The notes under the pieces are model-generated. The model ran no database searches. It was given only the letters and a program-made list of their open reading frames with translations, and was not told where the DNA came from. Both the position numbers and the translations under genes were made by a program. 64,000 bases of DNA, taken from NCBI GenBank assembly GCA_019415945.1, contig DXYF01000032.1, positions 484 to 64,483 of the forward strand. Reading direction: 5' to 3'. The DNA is from Clostridiales bacterium (lineage in GTDB: Bacteria > Bacillota > Clostridia > Oscillospirales > Acutalibacteraceae). Shown piece after piece: positions 9,562-19,840 of the stretch. The stretch's first letter is position 1, and the number at the start of each line of letters is the position of its first letter.

Positions 9562-9580
9562 TTATATTTTTAATCAAAAA

Positions 9581-10378
9581 TCAGATTTTTTCGGTATAAT
9601 CAAGGGCAATCCAGCCTGCACCGCTTTTCAGCTTGCCCCACTTTGAAGCACCCTTGCCGTCTTTTTCTTCAACGATAGTATAAGCACCGCCTTTTTCTAT
9701 TGCACCGACTATATCGTAGTCAGTACCCGGACCTTTTCTGATATTCACTCCGTCTGAGGGGGTAATTCTCACTATATAGCTTTTAAAAGCCGATGAGCTG
9801 TCCGAAGTTGTCGTTGAAGAGCCAACCGAGGTGTTGGGTGTTGTGGCGGACACATATTTAACTTTAAAGTGATTGCATAGCCCTTGGCAGATTGCTTCGC
9901 CGATGTTTTTTATATTTTTTATAATCCAGTCAGCACCTGTCTTTGTATCGTGAAATTCGCACTCTACATAGACGGTAATTGCTTTGGGCGTGTTTATCTC
10001 GTACAGCCCCGTGTTTACCGTCACGCTGTCCGCCGTTCCGGGGGATATTGCACCGAGAGTTTTTAAAACGGCATTTGCAGGTGCCGTGTTGGCGGCTGCC
10101 GAGCTGTAACAAAAAATTCTTGTTCCGCCTGTCACCTTGCCGTTGTAGGCGTTGGTGTGAATGGGCATGTGAATGTCCGCTTTAAAGGCGTCCGATTCAT
10201 TACAGCGATTTTGCATTGAATCGCCTGCCTTGCCGACCTTAACCTCAAAACCGCAGCGTTTGAGTGCCGCCGCGGCGGCGTCTGCGATTTTTTCGCACTG
10301 TGCCATTTCATTTGTGTTGCCTGAGGCGTAGATGTTGCCGCTCTGTGTTGAGGGACTTAGATAAATTTTTTTAGCCAT
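9581..10378 (-). CDS. N-acetylmuramoyl-L-alanine amidase (Amidase_3 plus C-terminal SH3b), endolysin-like
   Basis: IYLSPSTQ...NE, IHTNA, VECEFHD catalytic pattern; C-terminal VNIRKGPGTDY...WGKLKSGAGWIALDY; no signal peptide. Confidence 0.88.
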   Translation of the reverse strand: MAKKIYLSPSTQSGNIYASGNTNEMAQCEKIADAAAAALKRCGFEVKVGKAGDSMQNRCNESDAFKADIHMPIHTNAYNGKVTGGTRIFCYSSAAANTAPANAVLKTLGAISPGTADSVTVNTGLYEINTPKAITVYVECEFHDTKTGADWIIKNIKNIGEAICQGLCNHFKVKYVSATTPNTSVGSSTTTSDSSSAFKSYIVRITPSDGVNIRKGPGTDYDIVGAIEKGGAYTIVEEKDGKGASKWGKLKSGAGWIALDYTEKI

Positions 10379-10607
10379 CGTTTTTGTCTTCTCCTTTTTT
10401 CATATTCATTACTGCTGCCGAGCCTGCTGAAATTGCAGAAACCGCAAGACCTATCAAGGCGTTTTTTACGACATCGCCGTCGGCAAAGTCAACGCCTGCC
10501 GCATAGAGCGAAATATTAGTTATTACATAGCCTATTGCAGTCTGCAAAAATGTTCGCAGAGCACGGTACAAACATTCCTTTGTAAAAGTAACATTTAAAA
10601 TCTTCAT
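10371..10607 (-). CDS. Holin-like small membrane protein
   Basis: RALRTFLQTAIG motif, two hydrophobic segments, charged tail, overlaps the amidase start. Confidence 0.7.
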   Translation of the reverse strand: MKILNVTFTKECLYRALRTFLQTAIGYVITNISLYAAGVDFADGDVVKNALIGLAVSAISAGSAAVMNMKKGEDKNDG

Positions 10608-10664
10608 AAAATTTAAGCATCCTTTCATATTAGGCAGTGCTCACTAACATAATATGGCACTGAT

Positions 10665-10907
10665 TTAAATTTGTTCTTTTTCAAGATCTTTAATGCGGTG
10701 ATCGGCTGTTTTTAGCTTATTGTCGATAACCGCTTCGTGCTGTTCAAGGCGGTATACACGCTCTACAAGATTGTTGTGCTTGTCAACCTTTTTTTCAAGC
10801 TGTTCAATTCTGTAGTTTGTAAGTCTTGATGTTGCACACACGCCTGCAAGAGAGCCAAGCAAGGTTCCCGCAAATGAGAGCAACGCCAAAATCATTTGTT
10901 CACTCAC
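10665..10907 (-). CDS. Phage lysis-module small protein (XhlA/holin-associated type)
   Basis: N-terminal TM then LTNYRIEQLEKKVDKHNNLVERVYRLE coiled coil typical of Firmicute phage lysis cassettes; GTG start with GGAGGTGA RBS. Confidence 0.65.
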   Translation of the reverse strand: MSEQMILALLSFAGTLLGSLAGVCATSRLTNYRIEQLEKKVDKHNNLVERVYRLEQHEAVIDNKLKTADHRIKDLEKEQI

Positions 10908-10939
10908 TTAATCACCTCCACTTACAGGGCAAAAAAAAG

Positions 10940-10968
10940 AAAAGTTGCATAAAAATATGCAACTTTTC
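10940..10968 (-). terminator. Terminator after uvrA
   Basis: GAAAAGTTGCATA / TATGCAACTTTTC stem followed by a T-run on the minus strand. Confidence 0.75.
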
Positions 10969-10989
10969 AAAAATTTGTAAAATTATTTT

Positions 10990-13815
10990 TTATTTTTCAA
11001 GAAACGGCTTTAGATACTGCCCCGTAAAGGACTTTTCGCACTCAGCCACCTGTTCGGGTGTTCCCTGCACCACGATTTCGCCGCCCATATCTCCGCCCTC
11101 GGGTCCGAGGTCGATTATGTGGTCGGCGGTTTTTATTAAGTCGAGATTATGCTCAATAACAACAACCGTATTTCCGCCCTCGACAAGAAGCTGGAGAACA
11201 TCAACAAGTCTGTGTACATCGGCTATATGAAGTCCCGTTGTCGGCTCATCAAGGATATATATCGTTTTGCCCGTGCTTCGCTTTGACAGCTCCGTTGCAA
11301 GCTTAACTCTCTGTGCCTCGCCGCCCGAAAGAGTTGTTGCAGGCTGACCGAGCTGAATGTAGCCGAGTCCCACATCATAAAGCGTTTTTAGCTTTTTGTA
11401 GATTTTGGGAATGTTTGAGAAAAACTCCATTGCCTCTTCTACCGACATTTCAAGCACATCGCTTATGGATTTTCCCTTGTACTTAACTTCAAGGGTTTCG
11501 CGGTTGTACCTCTTGCCTTTGCAGACCTCGCAGGGAACATATACATCGGATAAAAAGTGCATTTCTATCTTGATTATTCCGTCGCCCTGACAAGCCTCGC
11601 ACCTGCCGCCCTTGACATTGAACGAAAAGCGGCTTTGCGTAAATCCACGCATTTTTGCGTCCTGCGTCGTGGCAAACAACGCCCTTATCTCAGTAAAAAG
11701 TCCCGTATATGTCGCAGGATTTGAGCGTGGGGTTCTGCCGATAGGGCTTTGGTCAATGGCTATCACCTTGTCAAGATTTTCAAGCCCCTTTATCGCTTTG
11801 TGTTTGCCTGCAATCAGCTTTGCCCCGTTAAGCTCGCGGGCAAGCGACTTGTAGAGGATTTCGTTTATCAGCGAGCTTTTGCCTGAGCCTGAAACACCCG
11901 TTACGCAGACAAGCTCGCCCAGCGGAATCCTGACATTGATATTTTTGAGATTGTTTTGCGACGCACCGACTATTTCAACAAACTTTCCGTTTCCCTTTCT
12001 GCGTTTTTCGGGAACGGGGACACGGCGTTTCCCGCTTAGATACTGACCCGTCATTGATTTTTCGCACGCTTTTATCTTGTTTACATCGCCCGTGCAGACA
12101 ATTTCTCCTCCGTGTATGCCCGCACCGGGACCGACATCGACTATATAGTCGGCGGCGTACATGGTGTCCTCGTCGTGCTCTACGACGATTACCGTATTGC
12201 CCAAATCACGCAGTCTTTTTAAAGTTTTTAACAGTTTTTCGTTATCTCGCTGATGAAGCCCTATGCTCGGCTCGTCGAGAATATACAGCACGCCCATGAG
12301 GGAACTGCCGATCTGGGTTGCAAGGCGGATACGCTGGCTCTCTCCTCCCGAAAGCGTGCCGGAACTTCTTGAGAGCGACAAATAGCCCAGTCCCACGCTC
12401 TTGAGGAAATTAAGCCTTTCGGTTATTTCTTTGATGATTTCGCTGCCGATAATCTGCTCTTTTTCCGACAGCTTTAAATTTTTAATAAATTCAAGTGAAT
12501 CCACCACCGACATTTTGCAAAAATCGGATATGTTTATTCCGCCCACGGTTACGGCAAGGCTCTCCTTGGAAAGCCGTTCGCCGTGACATTCATCGCATGG
12601 AATTTCAGCCATATACGCACGGATTTCGTCTTTTATCCAATTACTGCTTGTTTCACGGTAGCGTCGCTCAAGGTTGTTGATTATGCCCTCAAAGCTCTGC
12701 TCGTATGTTCCGCTTCCGTAAACGGATTTGCGGTTTATAACAAGTTTTTCGTCACCCGTACCGTAAAGGATTATGTTTATTACATTTTCGGGAATTTCTT
12801 TAATCGGCTGTGTAAGCGAAAAGTTATATTTTTTGGCAAGAGCCTCAAAATACATTGCGGCAATAGAGCTTCCTTCCATTGCCCAGCCGCTTCCCTTTAT
12901 TGCACCGTCCTTGATGCTTTTATTCTTGTCGGGAATTATTTTATCCTCGTCAATCTTTAGAAACACTCCGAGTCCCGTGCATTTCGGACAAGCTCCGAAC
13001 GGGTTGTTAAACGAAAACATACGGGGCGATAAATCGTCAATGCTCACACCGTGTTCGGGGCAGGCATATTTTTGCGAAAAGGTTACTTCTTCTCCGTTTG
13101 AAAAGCTGACGGCAATCAGCCCGCCCGAGAGTTTTGACGCAGTTTCTATGCTGTCGGAAAGGCGGGAGGTGATTTCCTGTTTAATTACAAGTCGGTCAAC
13201 CACTACATCAATGTTATGTTTTTTGTTTTTTTCAAGCGGAATTTTCTCGGACAAGTCATAAATGATTCCGTCCGCTCTTACACGCACAAATCCCGATTTT
13301 CTGGCTGCATCAAGAGTTTTTGCGTGTTCGCCCTTTCTTCCCCTTACTACGGGTGCCATAATTTGAATCTTTGTGCCCTCGTCATAGGACATAATTTTGT
13401 CGACAATCTGGTCAACCGTCTGCTGTCGAATTTCACGGCCGCAAACAGTACAGTGCGGAACGCCCACTCTTGCATACAGCAAACGCAGATAGTCATATAT
13501 TTCGGTTACTGTGCCGACCGTTGAGCGGGGGTTTTTTGATGTTGTTTTTTGGTCTATTGAAATTGCAGGCGACAAGCCCTCGATGCTCTCAACATTGGGC
13601 TTGTCCATCTGACCGAGAAACATTCTGGCGTATGAAGAAAGACTTTCAACATATCTACGCTGTCCCTCGGCGTAAATTGTATCAAAAGCAAGCGAGCTTT
13701 TTCCCGAACCCGAAAGTCCCGTTAATACAACAAGCTTGTTTCTGGGAATTTCAACATCAACATTTTTTAGGTTATGCTCCTTTGCTCCTCTTACGATTAT
13801 TTTATCCTGTGCCAT
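10990..13815 (-). CDS. uvrA: Excinuclease ABC subunit A
   Basis: Two Walker A motifs ([16 protein letters not shown]), LSGGE signatures, zinc fingers. Confidence 0.98.
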   Translation of the reverse strand: MAQDKIIVRGAKEHNLKNVDVEIPRNKLVVLTGLSGSGKSSLAFDTIYAEGQRRYVESLSSYARMFLGQMDKPNVESIEGLSPAISIDQKTTSKNPRSTVGTVTEIYDYLRLLYARVGVPHCTVCGREIRQQTVDQIVDKIMSYDEGTKIQIMAPVVRGRKGEHAKTLDAARKSGFVRVRADGIIYDLSEKIPLEKNKKHNIDVVVDRLVIKQEITSRLSDSIETASKLSGGLIAVSFSNGEEVTFSQKYACPEHGVSIDDLSPRMFSFNNPFGACPKCTGLGVFLKIDEDKIIPDKNKSIKDGAIKGSGWAMEGSSIAAMYFEALAKKYNFSLTQPIKEIPENVINIILYGTGDEKLVINRKSVYGSGTYEQSFEGIINNLERRYRETSSNWIKDEIRAYMAEIPCDECHGERLSKESLAVTVGGINISDFCKMSVVDSLEFIKNLKLSEKEQIIGSEIIKEITERLNFLKSVGLGYLSLSRSSGTLSGGESQRIRLATQIGSSLMGVLYILDEPSIGLHQRDNEKLLKTLKRLRDLGNTVIVVEHDEDTMYAADYIVDVGPGAGIHGGEIVCTGDVNKIKACEKSMTGQYLSGKRRVPVPEKRRKGNGKFVEIVGASQNNLKNINVRIPLGELVCVTGVSGSGKSSLINEILYKSLARELNGAKLIAGKHKAIKGLENLDKVIAIDQSPIGRTPRSNPATYTGLFTEIRALFATTQDAKMRGFTQSRFSFNVKGGRCEACQGDGIIKIEMHFLSDVYVPCEVCKGKRYNRETLEVKYKGKSISDVLEMSVEEAMEFFSNIPKIYKKLKTLYDVGLGYIQLGQPATTLSGGEAQRVKLATELSKRSTGKTIYILDEPTTGLHIADVHRLVDVLQLLVEGGNTVVVIEHNLDLIKTADHIIDLGPEGGDMGGEIVVQGTPEQVAECEKSFTGQYLKPFLEK

Positions 13816-13878
13816 TTTGTATCCCCTTATCACAATGTAAAAGGCTGAAATAGCCTCCCGAAGGAGGCTATTTGCTGA

Positions 13879-15978
13879 TTATTCTTCTGTAGAATTATCT
13901 TGAGTTTCTTCGTTTACTGCTTCATCGGAAGTAGTCTGAGGTTCTTCTTTCACCGTTTCATCGGAAGTATTCTTTGGTTCTTCGCTTTCTTCCGGCTCCG
14001 AAGGTTCAACATATGTGCCGTTCATAACAGCCTCAAAGTCCTCACTGCCCATTTTCTCATGCTTCATAAGATATGCGGCAATTTCGTGAAGCTTATCAAT
14101 GTTTTCGCTGAGGATTTTTTCAGCCTTTGCGTACGCTTCGTTTACGATTTTGAGAACAAGCTCATCAATTTTTGCGGCGGTTGCTTCGGAATAATCCTGT
14201 GTGTGTCCCATATCTCTGCCGAGGAACACCGCACCGTTGTCAGAACCGTAGCAAACACAGCCGAGTTCCTTTGTCATACCGTACTTTGTCACCATTGAAC
14301 GGGCAGTCTTTGTTGCTTTTTCAATATCGTTGGACGCACCCGTTGAAATATCGTCAAGAATAAGTGCTTCCGCAACTCGTCCGCCGAGGCACACCACAAT
14401 GTCCTCAAGCATTTCATTGCGTGAATTGTACGACTTGTCTTCACTCGGAAGCGGCATGGTATATCCGCCTGCCATTCCTCTCGGAATAATGGATATTTCA
14501 TGTACGGGGTCCTGAGTTTCAAGCTTATCAAAGAGAATTGCATGACCCGCCTCGTGGTAAGCCGTGAGCTTTTTCTCCTTGTCGCTCATAACCTTTGATT
14601 TTTTCTCAGCACCTACAACTACCTTGACGGTTGCCTCTTCGATTTCCTGCATTGTAATTGCCTTTTTATTTTTCCTTGCTGCAAGCAACGCTGCCTCGTT
14701 AAGGAGGTTTTCAAGGTCTGCACCCGTAAAGCCTGCCGTTGTCTTGGCAATCGTCTTGAGCTTAACATCGGGAGCAAGCGGCTTTTTGCGTGCGTGAACC
14801 TTAAGGATTGCCTCACGGCCGTTAACATCGGGATAGCTTACAATTACCTGACGGTCAAATCTGCCCGGACGCATCAACGCAGGGTCAAGTACATCGGGTC
14901 GGTTTGTTGCCGCAATAAGGATAACGCCCTCGTTTGCACCAAAACCATCCATCTCTACAAGAAGCTGATTGAGAGTTTGCTCACGCTCATCGTTTCCGCC
15001 GCCGAGGCCTGCACCTCTCTGACGACCGACTGCGTCAATCTCGTCAATGAATATAATACACGGCGAATTTTTCTTTGCCTGGTCAAACAGGTCACGCACT
15101 CTCGACGCACCGACGCCGACAAACATTTCTACAAAGTCGGAACCTGAGATTGAGAAGAACGGTACTCCTGCCTCGCCTGCAACTGCTCTTGCAAGCAAGG
15201 TTTTACCTGTTCCGGGAGGTCCTACAAGCAAAACGCCCTTTGGTATTCTTGCACCGAGCCTATTGTACTTATCGGGAGCTTTGAGGAATTCTACAACCTC
15301 TGAAAGCTCTTCTTTCTCTTCGTCGGCACCTGCCACATCATCAAATGTAGTCTTACGCTTTTCATCATTTGTGTTTTTAATCTTGGCTTTGCCGAAATTC
15401 ATTTCCTTGCCGCCGAGACCGCCTGCACTCATCTTCTTCATGATGAATATCCATGCACCGATAAACAGCACTGTAAGAAGCAGCGTCGGTATAAGCTCCA
15501 TCAACAGCGAGTTATCGCTGGGCAAAATCTCTTTATAAGGTATCAGCTTTCGTTTACCTTCGTCGTCCGTTGCCTCGTAACGATAAGGCTCGATATTGTC
15601 AAGAAATCTTTGAATATCAGCAAACTGACCCTTTACAACTACCTGTTTCGGCTGCTGACTGCCCTTTGTTGTGGTGCCCGTAGTACCTGATACCGTTGTT
15701 GACTGCTCTGCAGCCTCTGACGAAGAAGCAGTTCCGCCGTTATCGGACTCAACAGCTTTAACGCCCTCTTTGAGCGTAACTTCTACAACACCCGTGCCGT
15801 AGTTTACTATAAAGCTGTCAACTTTGCCGTCTATAAAGTACTGTTCAATCACCGAATTCATAGGTGTTTCCGTCTGGCGTGAACCGTAAAGCATTGCAAC
15901 CGCTAATATAACTAAAATGGGTATTCCCAAATATAAAAGCAGATTGCGTACCTTTTTCTTATTATCCAATATTGTCAC
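13879..15978 (-). CDS. ftsH: ATP-dependent zinc metalloprotease FtsH
   Basis: Two TMs, [20 protein letters not shown]. Confidence 0.98.
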   Translation of the reverse strand: MTILDNKKKVRNLLLYLGIPILVILAVAMLYGSRQTETPMNSVIEQYFIDGKVDSFIVNYGTGVVEVTLKEGVKAVESDNGGTASSSEAAEQSTTVSGTTGTTTKGSQQPKQVVVKGQFADIQRFLDNIEPYRYEATDDEGKRKLIPYKEILPSDNSLLMELIPTLLLTVLFIGAWIFIMKKMSAGGLGGKEMNFGKAKIKNTNDEKRKTTFDDVAGADEEKEELSEVVEFLKAPDKYNRLGARIPKGVLLVGPPGTGKTLLARAVAGEAGVPFFSISGSDFVEMFVGVGASRVRDLFDQAKKNSPCIIFIDEIDAVGRQRGAGLGGGNDEREQTLNQLLVEMDGFGANEGVILIAATNRPDVLDPALMRPGRFDRQVIVSYPDVNGREAILKVHARKKPLAPDVKLKTIAKTTAGFTGADLENLLNEAALLAARKNKKAITMQEIEEATVKVVVGAEKKSKVMSDKEKKLTAYHEAGHAILFDKLETQDPVHEISIIPRGMAGGYTMPLPSEDKSYNSRNEMLEDIVVCLGGRVAEALILDDISTGASNDIEKATKTARSMVTKYGMTKELGCVCYGSDNGAVFLGRDMGHTQDYSEATAAKIDELVLKIVNEAYAKAEKILSENIDKLHEIAAYLMKHEKMGSEDFEAVMNGTYVEPSEPEESEEPKNTSDETVKEEPQTTSDEAVNEETQDNSTEE

Positions 15979-16010
15979 TCCTCTTTATATTATTATAATA
16001 AGCAGTATAT

Positions 16011-16544
16011 TTATGTATAAACCGAGGGGCTTAAAATACCCACATACGGAAGATTTCTGTACAATTCATTGTAGTCAAGCCCATATCCGACAATAAACTT
16101 ATCGGGGATTATCATTCCCGTATAATCGGGAACAATACTTGACTGACGCCTTTCGGGTTTGTCAAAAAGCGTACAAATCCTGACTGTTTTAGCTTTTTTG
16201 CTGATAAGATACTGTTTTATATATTCAAGGGTTCTGCCCGTGTCGATTATATCCTCAACTATCAGAATATCTTTTCCGCTTATATCGCAATCAATATCCT
16301 TTGTAATTTGAATTTTGCCCGTGCTTTGAGTACCGCTGTAGCTTGAAGCAATAATAAAATCAACAGGAAAATCCAAATGGATTTTACGCATAAGGTCAGT
16401 CATAAATGTCATGCTGCCCTTTAACAAACCAATCATAATAAATTCTTTGCAATTATAATCTTTTTCTATCTGTTTTGCAATAGACTTCACAATATTTTCA
16501 ATTTCTTTTTCGCAAACAAGTATAGATTCTATATCCTTGTGCAT
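16011..16544 (-). CDS. hpt: Hypoxanthine phosphoribosyltransferase
   Basis: LIVEDIIDTG, FIVGYGLDY; tilS-hpt-ftsH synteny. Confidence 0.95.
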   Translation of the reverse strand: MHKDIESILVCEKEIENIVKSIAKQIEKDYNCKEFIMIGLLKGSMTFMTDLMRKIHLDFPVDFIIASSYSGTQSTGKIQITKDIDCDISGKDILIVEDIIDTGRTLEYIKQYLISKKAKTVRICTLFDKPERRQSSIVPDYTGMIIPDKFIVGYGLDYNELYRNLPYVGILSPSVYT

Positions 16545-16546
16545 TA

Positions 16547-17872
16547 TTATTCTCCTTGCAAGGGCAAAACTTCTATTTTTAATGCGTTATCAGAATTAAG
16601 AGCGATTCCTACAGCAGACGCACCCATTCCCTCGCACCAAAGGATTTCGTTGCCGACCGCCAAAACTGCAACCTTATCACGCAGTTCCGAGGGGATTTTT
16701 TGCTCGTTCATAGCCTTTCTGAGAGGTTTTGTGATTCCTCGCTTAGGATAAGTAAATCGGTCACAAGACTTGCGGGTTCTGAAAACGGCATTTTTACCGA
16801 TAAAATCAGCATTAATTAAGTTTTTGTCTTCTTTGTCACTAATGTTTCGTGTGACCCTGTATATTTTTGAATCGTAATTAAAAAATGTATTTTCTTTAAG
16901 CTCAATATTGTCAATCAGATTATCATTATTTGCCGCTGCAAATCTTAATATACCCTGCTTTGAAATAACTTTGTATTTTTTGTTCAGCTCTACCGCACCG
17001 CCGTGCTTCATAATATTTAAAATAAGCTCAATATGGCGTTGCTCCGCACAAAAATCGGCGTTAATTCTACACAAAACCGATACCGCATTTTTAATAACTG
17101 CAATGTGATTTGAGAGCAAAGCTTCGCAGTTATAACCATACTCACAGCGGCTTTGCGAAATTGCCGTCTGCGTCATAACATTGAGATAATCCGCTATTTC
17201 TCTTGCGTTTTCTGATAATCTCACAGCACAGCTTTCAAAGCTTTCATTAATTTCCTTTAAAACAGGTACTGCGTTATGACGGATTTTGTTTCTTGTGTAA
17301 TCATCAGTCAGATTTGTGCTGTCGGTTACATAATCAAGTCCGCTTTCAAAACAGTATTGCTCTATCTGTTCTCTGGTGCATTCAATCAAGGGACGAATTA
17401 TATTCTCTCTGACGGGAGGAATTGCACACACCCCGAAAATCGAAGAACCTCTCGTAATGTTAAACAAGAGCGTTTCGGCATTGTCGGACGCAGTGTGGGC
17501 AGTTGCAACCTTGGCACCAAGCTCCCGTGAAATTTCTTTGAATACGGAATATCTTATATTCCTGCCGCAAAGCTCCTCGCTGATTTTGAGGTCTTTTGCA
17601 AGCTTTGCCACATTATATTGCCTTACATACAGCTTAATACCGTATTTCTCGGCAATTAATCCGCAAAAGCGTTCATCACGATTTGATTCCTCGCCGCGAA
17701 GTCCGTGATTTATGTGTACGGCGTACAAAGAAAGATTATATTTTTCTTTGAGAGAATTAAGAACATCAAGCAATGCAACGCTGTCAGCACCGCCTGATAA
17801 GGCAACGACTATCCTGTCGCCTTTTTCAAGCATCTTGTACTTGTTAACAGTGCAAAGCACCTGCTTATTCAT
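16547..17872 (-). CDS. tilS: tRNA(Ile)-lysidine synthetase
   Basis: SGGADS PP-loop, HINHGLRG, TAH, IIRPL, YTRNKIRH. Confidence 0.95.
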   Translation of the reverse strand: MNKQVLCTVNKYKMLEKGDRIVVALSGGADSVALLDVLNSLKEKYNLSLYAVHINHGLRGEESNRDERFCGLIAEKYGIKLYVRQYNVAKLAKDLKISEELCGRNIRYSVFKEISRELGAKVATAHTASDNAETLLFNITRGSSIFGVCAIPPVRENIIRPLIECTREQIEQYCFESGLDYVTDSTNLTDDYTRNKIRHNAVPVLKEINESFESCAVRLSENAREIADYLNVMTQTAISQSRCEYGYNCEALLSNHIAVIKNAVSVLCRINADFCAEQRHIELILNIMKHGGAVELNKKYKVISKQGILRFAAANNDNLIDNIELKENTFFNYDSKIYRVTRNISDKEDKNLINADFIGKNAVFRTRKSCDRFTYPKRGITKPLRKAMNEQKIPSELRDKVAVLAVGNEILWCEGMGASAVGIALNSDNALKIEVLPLQGE

Positions 17873-19235
17873 CCCTTGCCTCCATACCTGTAAATCTCAT
17901 AAACTCACCCTGCCAATGCAGCTTTACGGCATTGGTTTCACCGTGACGGTTTTTGGCAACAATACATTCACCCGAATTTACATCGGCTGTCGGAGCTGTC
18001 TGCTCTGCGGTTTTTTCACTGTAATAGCCCTCTCTGTAGAGAAAGAGCACAATATCGGCGTCCTGCTCGATAGAACCGGAGTCACGCAAATCGGAAAGCT
18101 GCGGTCTGTGATCCGCACGCTGTTCAGACGCACGGGAAAGCTGTGAAAGCGTTATAACGGGAACATTCATTTCCTTTGCAAGAATTTTTAAATTTCTTGT
18201 AATCTCGGAAATTTCCTGAACACGGTTGTCGATTCTTCTGCCGCTTCCCATAAGCTGTAAATAATCAATAACCACAAGGTCAAGTTTACGCAATCTGCGA
18301 AGCCTTGACTTCATCTCGGTAATCGTAATTCCCGGCGTATCATCGAGATACAGCTCGGTTTTACTCAAAACATCACTTGCAGGAATCAGCCTGCTCCACT
18401 CCTCCTCGGACAGTTTGCCCGTTCGAAGTTTTGTGCCGCTGATTAACGCCTCGGTTGAAAGCAAACGGCTTGCAAGCTGTTCCTTTGACATTTCCAAAGA
18501 GAAAAAAGCGACTGTTTTTTTAGACTTGCACGCTGCATTTCTTGCAATATTCAGTGCAAAACTCGTCTTACCCATACCGGGACGGGCAGCAAGCAATATA
18601 AGGTCGCTTCGGTTAAGTCCCGTAATCATCCTGTCAAGGTCGCCTATGCCCGTAGGTATCGGCTTCATACTCTCGTCGGTTTCGCTGTTGAGTGCGTCAA
18701 GACGGTCAAAGGTCTGCAAAATTACCGAATTAATGCGTTCAAGACCCGACCTGTCATTTCCTTTGCGGATATCAAATATTTTCTGTTCTGCCGAATCAAT
18801 TAAAACCGACGGTTCCTCATCTCCGGCAGACGCATCGTCGATAATCTCACGGGACGCAGTAATAAGTCTGCGGATATTGCATTTATCGGCAATAACCTTG
18901 GCATAAGCCTCTGCATTAGAGATTGACGGGCAGTTATTTACCAAATCCATAAGATATGTTTTGCCCGTTGCTTCGTCAAAAGTCTTATTCTGTTTTAGCC
19001 TTTCAAGCAGTGTAACAAAGTCAATCGCCTCGCCGAAATTAATCATTTCCTGCATCTGCATAAAAATCAGCTTATGCAAAGCCACATAGAAATAATCAGG
19101 CGATTTTATGTAATCTACAACCTTGTCAAAAACAGAACTGTCAAGAATAACAGCACCCAAAACAGCCTGTTCCGACTCCGGGCTGTACGGCATATTCAGA
19201 CCGTCGTAGCTGCCGGTAATTAATGAATCAGCCAT
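17865..19235 (-). CDS. dnaB: Replicative DNA helicase
   Basis: AARPGMGKT, IDYLQLM, LSQLSR, DLRDSGSIEQDAD, KNRHG. Confidence 0.97.
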   Translation of the reverse strand: MADSLITGSYDGLNMPYSPESEQAVLGAVILDSSVFDKVVDYIKSPDYFYVALHKLIFMQMQEMINFGEAIDFVTLLERLKQNKTFDEATGKTYLMDLVNNCPSISNAEAYAKVIADKCNIRRLITASREIIDDASAGDEEPSVLIDSAEQKIFDIRKGNDRSGLERINSVILQTFDRLDALNSETDESMKPIPTGIGDLDRMITGLNRSDLILLAARPGMGKTSFALNIARNAACKSKKTVAFFSLEMSKEQLASRLLSTEALISGTKLRTGKLSEEEWSRLIPASDVLSKTELYLDDTPGITITEMKSRLRRLRKLDLVVIDYLQLMGSGRRIDNRVQEISEITRNLKILAKEMNVPVITLSQLSRASEQRADHRPQLSDLRDSGSIEQDADIVLFLYREGYYSEKTAEQTAPTADVNSGECIVAKNRHGETNAVKLHWQGEFMRFTGMEARDE

Positions 19236-19264
19236 TATGACACCTTCAAATCATTATGCTTGTT

Positions 19265-19711
19265 TTACGCTTCTTTTACCTGTACATCAATATTTGCAGA
19301 AATACCTGTATAAAGCTTAACTTCTGCTTTGTAGGTACCGAATTCCTTTATGTCACATTCAAGCACTACCTTACGCTTGTCAACTGAAATTGAGTACTGT
19401 TTTTTAATTTCTTCTGCAACCTGCTTTGCGGTGATACTGCCGAAAAGGCGTCCGCCCTGACCTGCTTTGGCAGTCATCACAAACTTTTTGCCCTCCAGCA
19501 TTTTCTTTTGCTGTTCAGCCTGTGCCTTTTGAGTTGCAATTTTATAGTTTTTGGAATTTTCCGCGTTTTTGTATTCATTCATTGCCTGAGCGTTTGCTTC
19601 GCGGGCAAGCTTTTTTGGAAAAAGGTAATTGCGTGCATATCCGTCAGATGCTTCTACAAGCTCGCCTTTTTTTCCGAGTGATTTTATATCCTGTAACAAA
19701 ATAACCTTCAT
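19265..19711 (-). CDS. rplI: 50S ribosomal protein L9
   Basis: [16 protein letters not shown]...GYARNYL, LFGSIT. Confidence 0.97.
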   Translation of the reverse strand: MKVILLQDIKSLGKKGELVEASDGYARNYLFPKKLAREANAQAMNEYKNAENSKNYKIATQKAQAEQQKKMLEGKKFVMTAKAGQGGRLFGSITAKQVAEEIKKQYSISVDKRKVVLECDIKEFGTYKAEVKLYTGISANIDVQVKEA

Positions 19712-19840
19712 ATTTATCATCCTTTCAAGGTGTTATCCCTCCGCAATGCAGGGGACTGCACCAAAAATAATACAAATAAAATTTCTTATAAAGACGGTAA
19801 AACACAGTATAGTAAATCGACATATTTAAATTGTACAATT

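Noticed and set aside
10055..10079. Similarity of spacer 4 (51898-51927) to the amidase gene, i.e. self-targeting
   Set aside because: Only a short gapped AT-rich match around TTTAAAACGGC; expected by chance.
8147..10907. Intact prophage (integrase plus lysis genes)
   Set aside because: No structural, packaging, replication or repressor genes; the recombinase is flanked by inverted, not direct, repeats.
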